Part shown: one piece after another, positions 49,205 through 57,105 of the stretch
Position numbering within the stretch: position 1 is the first letter of the stretch
Layout: each line of letters starts with the position of its first letter
Made by a program: the position numbers and the translations under genes
Assembly (NCBI GenBank): GCA_964364225.1
Contig: CAYIKP010000001.1
Location: 3,789 to 62,484 of the forward strand
Source: an uncultured Candidatus Saccharibacteria bacterium
Lineage (GTDB): Bacteria > Patescibacteriota > Minisyncoccia > Phycocordibacterales > Zambryskibacteraceae
Length of the DNA stretch: 58,696 nt
Direction: 5' to 3'
Notes under the pieces: model-generated
What the model was told of the DNA's origin: nothing
The model's input: only the letters and a program-made list of their open reading frames with translations
The model's database searches: none

Positions 49205-50185
49205 ATGAGAATTGGATTCATTCATACATATAAAGATATCATCTCTGTTGATAATTTACTTCTTGCATGGAAGGAATTTTTGAAAGGAAAAAGAAATAAA
49301 AAAGATGTTCAACAATTTCAAATTAAATTAATGGACAATATTTTTGAACTTCACAATGATTTAGTAAATAAAAAATACACACATAGTGATTATTATGCTT
49401 TTAATATTTCTGATCCAAAACCTAGAAATATTCATAAAGCATCTGTACGAGATAGGCTACTTCATCATGCAATATATAGAACTCTCTATGCTTCTTTCGA
49501 TAAAACATTTATCAAACGACTCTTATTCGTGCAGAAAATTTAAAGGTACTCACCGTGCAATAAAAAGATTTCGTCAATTCATATATAAAGTAAGCGAAAA
49601 CAATACTAAGACATGTTGGATACTGAAGTGTGATGTACGAAAATTCTTTGCATCAATAGATCAGAATTTACTTTTGGAAATCATTGGTAAATATATTCAA
49701 GATAAAGATATAAATTGGCTTCTTTCACAAATCGTTACTAGTTTTTCTTCAACAAAGGAAGGTATTGGTTTACCGCTTGGCAATCTCACATCTCAATTAT
49801 TAGTGAATGTGTACATGAGTGAATTTGATTATTTCATGAAGCATACATTAAAAACAAAATATTATATCCGTTATGCTGATGATTTTGTAATCTTGTCTCA
49901 AGATAAGAAATGGTTGGAAAGTATACTTCCAGAAATACGAATATTTCTTTTAGAAAAACTTAAACTTACTCTACACCCAGATAAGATATTTATTAAAACC
50001 CTTGCCTCTGGTGTTGATTTCTTGGGTTGGGTACATTTCTGTGACCACAAAACTTTAAGAACTAGTACAAAGAGAAGAATGTTTAAAAAATTCAAAAGTG
50101 CTGTGCCCAAAAAGTATTTGATTCCTATTTTGGCCTTTTAGGGCATGGAAATACGCACAAATTAAGAAAACAGCTAGTGCTATAA
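49205..50185 (+). pseudogene. DGR-type reverse transcriptase with two single-nucleotide frame breaks
   Basis: LPLGNLTSQ (DGR-type GxxxSQ) and YIRYADDFV (YxDD); break 1 at atcaaac 49511-49517 (FDKTFI | NDSYSCRKFKGTH), break 2 at the A5 run 50109-50113 (SAVPKK | VFDSYFGLLGHGNTHKL); restored stop at 50183-50185. Confidence 0.85.
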
Positions 50186-50186
50186 T
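50181..50186 (+). promoter_or_regulatory. -10 box TATAAT 6 nt upstream of the tkt ATG
   Basis: TATAAT at 50181-50186, spacer ttatat, ATG at 50193. Confidence 0.5.
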
Positions 50187-50192
50187 TTATAT

Positions 50193-51062
50193 ATGACATA
50201 TGTCATCTTAGACGATAACAAGAAGAGTGAGCTAATGGTCAAAGCGAATGAAATCCGCGAGTCTATTATTGAAATGCTAGTTGTTGCTAAATCGGGGCAT
50301 ACCGCAGGCCCACTGGGAATGGCGGACATTTTCACCCTCCTTTATTTTCATGTTTTAAACCAAAATCCAGGAAGTCCATACGATAAAGATAGAGATAGGT
50401 TAGTACTTTCAAATGGACACATTTGTCCTGTGTATTATGCGACTTTGGCTCATGCGGGGTATTTTCCAGTAAAAGAATTAAGTACACTTCGTAAGTTCGG
50501 CTCTCGTTTGCAGGGGCATCCTCACCGAGATTTTCTACCTATATTAGAAACATCAAGTGGTCCACTTGGTTCTGGTCTTTCGCAAGCAGTTGGAATGGCG
50601 CTTGGTTTAAAAATGGACAAAAATCCAGCAAGAGTTTTTTGTTTGATGTCAGACGGGGAACAAGAGTGTGGTGCTACTTGGGAAGCAGGAATGCTTGCCG
50701 GAAAAGAAAAATTAAATAATCTAATCGGAATTATTGATAGAAATTATATTCAAATAGATGGATTTACAGAAGACGTAATGCCTTTGGAGTCACTTTCGGA
50801 CAAATGGAAAGCATGGAATTGGCACGTGATTGAAGTTGATGGACACAATTTTGAAGATATAAATGATGCAATAGAAGAGGCAAAAACAATTTTTGATAGA
50901 CCCGTGATGATAATTGCACATACAATTCCAGGGAAGGGAGTGAAGGAATTTGAAAGAGATTATAGGTGGCACGGAAAACCACCAACGGAGGAGGAGGGTA
51001 AAATGGCCTTGAAAGAGTTGAGATCATTAGGAGGTAAAATAACCGGATATCACAATGACTAA
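50193..51062 (+). CDS. tkt: transketolase, N-terminal (TPP-binding) subunit
   Basis: GHTAGPLGMADI, SNGH, SSGPLGSGLSQAVGMA, MSDGEQECG motifs; split-gene form. Confidence 0.9.
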   Translation: MTYVILDDNKKSELMVKANEIRESIIEMLVVAKSGHTAGPLGMADIFTLLYFHVLNQNPGSPYDKDRDRLVLSNGHICPVYYATLAHAGYFPVKELSTLRKFGSRLQGHPHRDFLPILETSSGPLGSGLSQAVGMALGLKMDKNPARVFCLMSDGEQECGATWEAGMLAGKEKLNNLIGIIDRNYIQIDGFTEDVMPLESLSDKWKAWNWHVIEVDGHNFEDINDAIEEAKTIFDRPVMIIAHTIPGKGVKEFERDYRWHGKPPTEEEGKMALKELRSLGGKITGYHND

Positions 51063-51660
51063 CGAAGATAATAAAAAAATCGTTCAATTTATTTTTAAGA
51101 TGGGAACTATGCGTAAGTTGCCACGTATTCATCGCCAAGTATTTTTAACAGATGATATGTCTGACAACATTGCTACTCATTCATACAGAGTGACTGTTAT
51201 TGGCTGGTTTTTAGCAAAAATGGAAAAGGTTGATCCATATAAAGTTGCGATGATGTGTTTAATTCACGATATGCCAGAAATTAGGAGCAATGATCATAAT
51301 TGGATTCATAAAAAATATGTAAAAATTTTTGAGGAAGAGATAAAACAAGATCAATTGGGAACACTACCGTTTAACGATTTGAAGGAAATTGTTGACGAGT
51401 ACGATAAGAGAGAAAGTAAAGAAGCGATATTGGCCAAGGAAGCAGATCTTCTTGATCAACTTTTTCTTTTACGTGAGTATGTTTGGCAAGGAAATAAAGA
51501 AGCTCAAATATGGTTAGAGGGTAAACCAGGACAGGGAGGAGAAAAAGATAAATATTTAGAACGTTTTAAAACCGAAAGTGGCAAAGCCATTGCAAGGGTT
51601 GCTATTAATGAAGATCCGTCCAGTTGGTGGAATGAGCTATGGACCGATAAGAATAGATAA
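51055..51660 (+). CDS. HD-domain phosphohydrolase
   Basis: HSYRV...LIHDMPE (H...HD) metal site; inserted between the two transketolase halves. Confidence 0.7.
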   Translation: MTNEDNKKIVQFIFKMGTMRKLPRIHRQVFLTDDMSDNIATHSYRVTVIGWFLAKMEKVDPYKVAMMCLIHDMPEIRSNDHNWIHKKYVKIFEEEIKQDQLGTLPFNDLKEIVDEYDKRESKEAILAKEADLLDQLFLLREYVWQGNKEAQIWLEGKPGQGGEKDKYLERFKTESGKAIARVAINEDPSSWWNELWTDKNR

Positions 51661-51695
51661 TATGATTAATAAATCTTTAAACAAAAAAATACTCG

Positions 51696-51757
51696 CCCCG
51701 TACAAAACAGGAACTCGCGAAGCGACTGAAAGCTCGGTTCCGCTGTTTTGTTTGGGG
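51696..51757 (+). repeat. long imperfect hairpin between the HD gene and the transketolase C-terminal subunit
   Basis: ccccgtacaaaacaggaac pairs with gttccgctgttttgtttgggg around a GC-rich loop containing gcgaagcga. Confidence 0.5.
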
Positions 51758-51795
51758 TTCGTTACGAGATGTGGTTACATTAAATTTAATCCTGT

Positions 51796-52809
51796 ATGTT
51801 AAATCCTAAAGTAAAATTAAATCCGCATATTTTTTCTAACGATGTGGAGCAAGTGCCAATTAGGCATGGGTTTGGTGAGGGATTAGTTATAGCAGGAGGG
51901 AAAGATAAAAATGTGGTTGTGCTTTGTGCAGATCTTACAGAGTCAGCACAAGCAATCTTTTTTAAAGAAAAATTTCCTGAAAGATTTATTGAAATTGGTG
52001 TAGCGGAGCAAAATTTAGCAGGAGTGGCTTCAGGAATTTCTGCAACAGGTAAAATTCCATTTATTACTTCATACGCAATGTTTTCTCCTGGACGAAACTG
52101 GGAACAAATTCGTACTACTATTGCTTATAACAACAGGCCAGTAAAAATTGCGGGCTCTCATACTGGAGTTTCAGTTGGTCCTGATGGGGGAACCCATCAA
52201 GCATTGGAAGATATGGCAATTATGCGCACAATTCCTCGGATGGTAGTGATTTCACCCTGTGATGCGATTGAGGCAAGAAAAGCTACTGTTGCATCTGCAA
52301 AAACCGATACCCCTGTATATATAAGACTTGCTAGAGAAAAAACCCCCGTGATGACTACAGAGGAAACCCCTTTCGAAATAGGCAAAGCACAAATATTTTT
52401 TGAGCCTAATCCTTCGGACGGCCGAGATCAAAAACCAGAGGTCGCAATAATTGCAACAGGCGCATTGGTTCACAAGGCGTTACAAGTGGCCAAAAAATTA
52501 GAAAATGAGGTTGGTGTTGTAGTTGTGAATCTCACAACAATAAAACCATTAGATGAAAAAACTATTTTAGATGTGGCAAAACGAACAGGGGCGGTAGTTA
52601 CAGTAGAAGAACATCAAATAATGGGGGGCATGGGGTCTGCTGTTTCTGAGTTTTTATCTGCAAACTACCCAGTGCCAATGGAATTTGTTGGTGTTAAGGA
52701 TCAATTTGGGCAATCTGGTACCCCAGAAGAACTTATTGAGTATTATGGTTTAGGGGAAGACGGAATTGAAAAAGCAATCAAAAAAGTTTTAAAAAATAAA
52801 AATACTTAA
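51796..52809 (+). CDS. tkt: transketolase, C-terminal (pyrimidine-binding) subunit
   Basis: FPERFIEIGVAEQNLAGVASG and GPDGGTHQALEDMA motifs. Confidence 0.9.
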   Translation: MLNPKVKLNPHIFSNDVEQVPIRHGFGEGLVIAGGKDKNVVVLCADLTESAQAIFFKEKFPERFIEIGVAEQNLAGVASGISATGKIPFITSYAMFSPGRNWEQIRTTIAYNNRPVKIAGSHTGVSVGPDGGTHQALEDMAIMRTIPRMVVISPCDAIEARKATVASAKTDTPVYIRLAREKTPVMTTEETPFEIGKAQIFFEPNPSDGRDQKPEVAIIATGALVHKALQVAKKLENEVGVVVVNLTTIKPLDEKTILDVAKRTGAVVTVEEHQIMGGMGSAVSEFLSANYPVPMEFVGVKDQFGQSGTPEELIEYYGLGEDGIEKAIKKVLKNKNT

Positions 52810-52903
52810 CAGGGCTAAGGTTAGCGGTTTTGTAGCTGTTAATTAGAAAAACATATTTTTACCCCCCCCATATATACTTAGTACATAACAATAAATTAAA
52901 AAT

Positions 52904-55606
52904 ATGAAGAAAGTAATTCTTGGGTTAGTGTTTCTTTTTCTTGTTCCTTTTATTAGCACTCATGCAATGACAGCAAGTGAAGAACAACAATTAATCCAAA
53001 CTCTTCTTCAACAAATTGCATCGCTCCAAGCTCAACTTCAAGTCTTAATTTCTCAAGGGGCAACCACTGTGCCAAGTCAGTCATTTAACGCGCGACAAAT
53101 TTTAGATGGTGATTTTTCAACCGCGACAAATTTTAGTGTTGGCGATACAGTGGAATCAACAGTTGATATATTAAATGTTAGGTCTTCACCTGGGACTGGT
53201 GGCGTTATCGCCAAAATTTCAAGTGGTATTTTAGGAAAATTGATATCTGGTCCCAAAATAGTAGTGAATGGAAGTAAATGGTGGCAGGTTTCTTGGAATA
53301 ACGGAATAAACGGATGGAGCGCTGAAAGTTTTATTTCAAAAACGAATGGTCCGATTCCAGTAGTTACTTCAATTCCGCCAAATTCAAAGTATATCTCAAT
53401 TATTTCTCCAATCCCCGGAGAAATAATTAAACAAGGAACTGGTTACAATGTTCGCTGGACTGGGAGAGAAACTGATGTAAATAGTTATGATGTATACCTG
53501 TACAACGGCTATTCTTTAGTTCAAACATACTTGGGTTCTGCTAATTTACAAACCGATAAAGATGTAAGTGCATTTTATTGGGCAGTTCCGACGAATTTTA
53601 CGGTTGGAAGTGGTTATCAGTTTCATTTAGTTAGTGGAAAGAATGTCTCTACTAATGTGACTGGCGGGTGGAGTAATGCATTTACGCTTGCAGACTACAA
53701 TGGAAATGTTGGTTCAACTGTTACCTTAACTACCGATACTGATAAAATAGTTAAACCCGGCGAAGCGGTACTCTTGCGATTTAGCGCAAACAATGTTTCT
53801 TACTGCGCTGGACCAGACACGCTGATAAGTAGAAATATACAAAATACTATTAATGGATTTAATACTGTATATCCAAAGGAAACAACAACATATTCCATTC
53901 ACTGTTACAAAAAAACACCAACAACCGAGCAAGAAAACGGTCATCCTGATGCAAGTGCGAGGGTTGTTGTTAATGTCTCAGGACAAACTTCAACAACAGA
54001 TCCGATTGTGTCAGTAATATCTCCAGTAGCGGGCTCGGCTCTAGAAACAGGAAAAACATACTCTGTAGCATGGTCGCTTGGTAACGGTACTGTGAATGGT
54101 GGTCCGTATACGGTTAATCTTGTTGGTGGAAGCCTTGGTTCTGTGGGTAGTAGATACATAACATCTATTCCTTCCTCATTACCAAATTCTAGTGGTTCAT
54201 TCGCTTGGCAAGTGCCAAATGACATTATCGCTAGTTCTGGTTATCAAATATCGTTTAGTGGTCCAAGAGCGACTGGTAATAATAGTGGCTCGTTCTTAAT
54301 TATTGGCGCAAAGTCTCCAATACCAGCATTAACTCCAACAGTCTCTCTTTCCGTTAATCAATCCTTTGGTTCTGGTTCAGATACAGCAATTGCTGGTACA
54401 TACAAAGTTCTTGATTGGACTGAAACCAATGCAACGGTTTGTTATCTGTCATCAAACAGTGGAATGAATCAACTGGTTTATAACAGGGGAGATAATGTTA
54501 CCCAAACAAGCTCGTCTGGCTCACAGTCTGTTGGCCCGCTAAATCAAACAACAGCCTACACAATTACTTGTACCGGTGCTGGTGGCTCTAATTTGGCAAG
54601 CGTAACAATAAATGTTGGTACAGTCCCAACCGCAGGCCCAGCTGTCTCTTTTTCAGCAACTCCGACCTCAATAACTGCAGGTCAAGTGACTAGACTAGTG
54701 TGGAATGCAAGTGACGCAACTCAGTGTACTGGTACACCGAGTGGTATGTTTGCCGGGACCAATAATAGTGTTGAAACTTACCAAACCCAGACAACAACCT
54801 ACACCCTCACTTGTTCAAATAGCGCAGGACAATCAGTGACCCAGAATGTCACAGTAGCTGTAACCCCAGCATCGACACCAGCCCCAACCGTTCGTCTCTC
54901 AATTAACTCAAGTTACTACTTGGGTGCATCAACACTACCCGCTGGTTCACAAACAATCTTAGATTGGTCCTCAACGAATGCGACAACATGTAATGCTCCA
55001 TGGTTAGCATCAGGGTATGGTGCGGGTCCTGGCTCTCAAACTGTTGGTCCCATTTACCAAACCACAACCTATACGCTTACCTGTACCGGTGCGGGCGGTT
55101 CTAATTCCGCTAGTGTGACAATAAATGTTCTAGCGCCTACCACAGCTGTGCCATCAGCACCAACGGGATTAACTGCAACAGCAGGAGCGTGTGGGACGGG
55201 TGTGATAAATCTTTCATGGTCTGCAGTTCCAAATATCATCTATTATGATATTCACGGAGGAAATAATGCGTTTTATGGGGGCATGCCTTTGCAGATTTCA
55301 TTGCCAGGATCCACACTCTCGTATGTTGATAGGGGAGTTACGTCTGCGTCATCTGGATTTACACCAGGTGCTTCATATTCCTATTACATAACAACACGAA
55401 ATTCAGTAGGAGAATCTTCTCCATCAAATACAGCATCCGCAATTGCGCCCTCTGCTTGCCCAACAAACACAAACTCAACCACGGGCCCCAATGGAGTGGA
55501 GTTGATGTATAACGGACAACCTAATCTTGCATCAGTTCAAATTGGGTTTGATGCGCTACTAAAGGCATTTCAGGAATATGTAAGCGGGGTAAATAGACAA
55601 GATTAA
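52904..55606 (+). CDS. large secreted repeat protein (SH3b-like, Ig-like repeats, FN3-like)
   Basis: Signal peptide; LNVRSSPGTGG...WWQVSW; repeated units ending T(A/T)YT(I/L)TC(T/S)GAGGSN.ASVTINV at least three times. Confidence 0.6.
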   Translation: MKKVILGLVFLFLVPFISTHAMTASEEQQLIQTLLQQIASLQAQLQVLISQGATTVPSQSFNARQILDGDFSTATNFSVGDTVESTVDILNVRSSPGTGGVIAKISSGILGKLISGPKIVVNGSKWWQVSWNNGINGWSAESFISKTNGPIPVVTSIPPNSKYISIISPIPGEIIKQGTGYNVRWTGRETDVNSYDVYLYNGYSLVQTYLGSANLQTDKDVSAFYWAVPTNFTVGSGYQFHLVSGKNVSTNVTGGWSNAFTLADYNGNVGSTVTLTTDTDKIVKPGEAVLLRFSANNVSYCAGPDTLISRNIQNTINGFNTVYPKETTTYSIHCYKKTPTTEQENGHPDASARVVVNVSGQTSTTDPIVSVISPVAGSALETGKTYSVAWSLGNGTVNGGPYTVNLVGGSLGSVGSRYITSIPSSLPNSSGSFAWQVPNDIIASSGYQISFSGPRATGNNSGSFLIIGAKSPIPALTPTVSLSVNQSFGSGSDTAIAGTYKVLDWTETNATVCYLSSNSGMNQLVYNRGDNVTQTSSSGSQSVGPLNQTTAYTITCTGAGGSNLASVTINVGTVPTAGPAVSFSATPTSITAGQVTRLVWNASDATQCTGTPSGMFAGTNNSVETYQTQTTTYTLTCSNSAGQSVTQNVTVAVTPASTPAPTVRLSINSSYYLGASTLPAGSQTILDWSSTNATTCNAPWLASGYGAGPGSQTVGPIYQTTTYTLTCTGAGGSNSASVTINVLAPTTAVPSAPTGLTATAGACGTGVINLSWSAVPNIIYYDIHGGNNAFYGGMPLQISLPGSTLSYVDRGVTSASSGFTPGASYSYYITTRNSVGESSPSNTASAIAPSACPTNTNSTTGPNGVELMYNGQPNLASVQIGFDALLKAFQEYVSGVNRQD

Positions 55607-56604
55607 ATCATAGAGAGCTTATAGGCGGGTTTTTTAGAGAGTTCGTACTCTATTTCTCCTTGTGTTAAAAGACCTTTTTGAGCGCCCACATAACGACAAA
55701 CGCTCATGCCATTTACTGCGCCCCAAGACAGGGCAATTGGCAGGGTTTTACCCAATAACAAAGCAGAAGTACAAGCCGATGCGAAGGCATCTCCTGCACC
55801 GGTTCGTTCATGTGCTGGCTCCTCAGGATTGAATGCTGGAGCAAAATAAATTCCTGTTTTATCTCTACCATATGCGCCCTTTGGACCCATTGTAATAACA
55901 ACCGATTTTGGACCAAGATTATTAATTCCGAGTAAAAGTTCTTTTATGTTGGTACCGGTCGGTTTACCTAAAATTTTTTCTGCTTCCTCGTTATTACAAA
56001 AGAAAACTTCTGTACGTAAGTAAATGTCTTTCAATTCCTCAATACCCAATGACATTTGAAATGTCCCTGGTTGAAAGGCAAGTTTTATATTTGGGCGTTT
56101 TTTTAAGAATGAAGCAATTTGTTTGTGGTATTCACGAGTGGATGGCCCAAGGGAAGAAAGGTAAAGCCATTTTGGCGATCCAACATCAGGAAAATTGTAT
56201 TCATACTCATGATGTTTTACTAAAATAGTGCGATCTTTTTCATACCAAAGCACGTAGTGATAATTAGTTGCATAACCTTTGTGTGCAGAGATATATTTAT
56301 GGCCCACTCCCTCTTTTTCAAGGATTTTCAAACAATCTTTCCCATTTTGGTCGCTTCCAATATTAGTAACCAAAGCAGATTTTATTCCCAAACGTGATGC
56401 GGAAACTGCTGCATTTGGCGCATTGCCAACCGCGCTTACTACATCCACAGATTCATATGGAATTTTGTCTCCAAATTTCATTGAGATAGTGCAGTGTTCT
56501 TCGTTTACATCACAATTAACACTTGCATCGACGAGTTTTATGAAAGCATCGGTGGTGATATCTCCGATTGCCACGAAATCATAAGTTTTTTTGAGGAACG
56601 ACAT
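55603..56604 (-). CDS. PfkB-family sugar kinase
   Basis: 333 aa; C-terminal TGAGDAFASA ATP-binding signature; N-terminal GDITTD. Confidence 0.85.
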   Translation of the reverse strand: MSFLKKTYDFVAIGDITTDAFIKLVDASVNCDVNEEHCTISMKFGDKIPYESVDVVSAVGNAPNAAVSASRLGIKSALVTNIGSDQNGKDCLKILEKEGVGHKYISAHKGYATNYHYVLWYEKDRTILVKHHEYEYNFPDVGSPKWLYLSSLGPSTREYHKQIASFLKKRPNIKLAFQPGTFQMSLGIEELKDIYLRTEVFFCNNEEAEKILGKPTGTNIKELLLGINNLGPKSVVITMGPKGAYGRDKTGIYFAPAFNPEEPAHERTGAGDAFASACTSALLLGKTLPIALSWGAVNGMSVCRYVGAQKGLLTQGEIEYELSKKPAYKLSMI

Positions 56605-56646
56605 GCTCCAATTATAACAAAAATAATATGAGTTTTTAGTAAGGTA

Positions 56647-56675
56647 TTGATTTTATTGCTTAATTATTTCATAAT
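56647..56675 (+). promoter_or_regulatory. promoter (TTGATT-17-CATAAT) of the small basic protein gene
   Basis: TTGATT at 56647-56652, 17-nt spacer, CATAAT at 56670-56675. Confidence 0.55.
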
Positions 56676-56720
56676 CTGAAACAGAATAAATAGTTTATCC
56701 AAACCTTATTTGAGGGCACC

Positions 56721-56894
56721 ATGAAAGCCAAAATAAAACGGAAGGCAGGTAAGGCCACTAAGGCTTCAAAGCCTTCCAGTGGGTGCAGAAAGGAAAGAGA
56801 AAGGCTCCCTTATTGGGTAGCAGGTAGCAAGGAGCCGTGGCCCAAATCGAAAGAACGTCGGCCAGTTCCTGGTTGGAGTGGGGGCAGTTGGTAG
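56721..56894 (+). CDS. 57-aa highly basic, Trp-rich protein (below the ORF-track cutoff)
   Basis: GAGGG 4 nt before the ATG; MKAKIKRKAGKATKASKPSSGCRKERERLPYWVAGSKEPWPKSKERRPVPGWSGGSW; about 50% GC; own promoter and terminator. Confidence 0.55.
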   Translation: MKAKIKRKAGKATKASKPSSGCRKERERLPYWVAGSKEPWPKSKERRPVPGWSGGSW

Positions 56895-56906
56895 GCCCAT
56901 GGAATG

Positions 56907-56940
56907 GCTCCGCAAGATTTATCTTGCGGAGCATTTCTTT
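56907..56940 (+). terminator. rho-independent terminator
   Basis: gctccgcaaga/tcttgcggagc stem followed by atttcttttg. Confidence 0.8.
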
Positions 56941-56963
56941 TGTGCATGATAAAATATAGAATA

Positions 56964-57105
56964 ATGAATCCCGTAGTAGAAAATGGTATTCGAGCCAGCT
57001 AGGGGTTAATAAAATAAGATGGTAGACCGAAATTTAATAAAACTAATTATAAATAGTGGTAGCTTGCTCGAATAGAGCAATACCATTTTTCACTATCGGG
57101 ATGAA
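56964..57105 (+). repeat. start-codon hairpin element, copy B (ATGAATCCCGTAG...ATCGGGATGAA)
   Basis: Arms 56964-56996 and 57074-57106 pair (atcccg/cgggat, aaaatggtatt/aataccatttt, cgagc/gctcg, agcta/tagct); mini-ORF MNPVVENGIRAS at 56964-57002; the last ATG (57101) starts fba. Confidence 0.75.

Larger units (their letters stand above)
47513..50185 (+). mobile_element. diversity-generating retroelement cassette (target gene with VR, TR, Avd, RT)
   Basis: See the component features; VR and TR differ almost exclusively at TR adenines. Confidence 0.85.

Noticed and set aside
56690-56940. RNase P- or SRP-RNA-like words (caggtaagg, gaaaggaaag, agcaaggagcc...gcccaaat)
   Set aside because: Their order and spacing do not fit either RNA. 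The interval has a clean SD-led 57-codon ORF plus a terminator, which explains it better.
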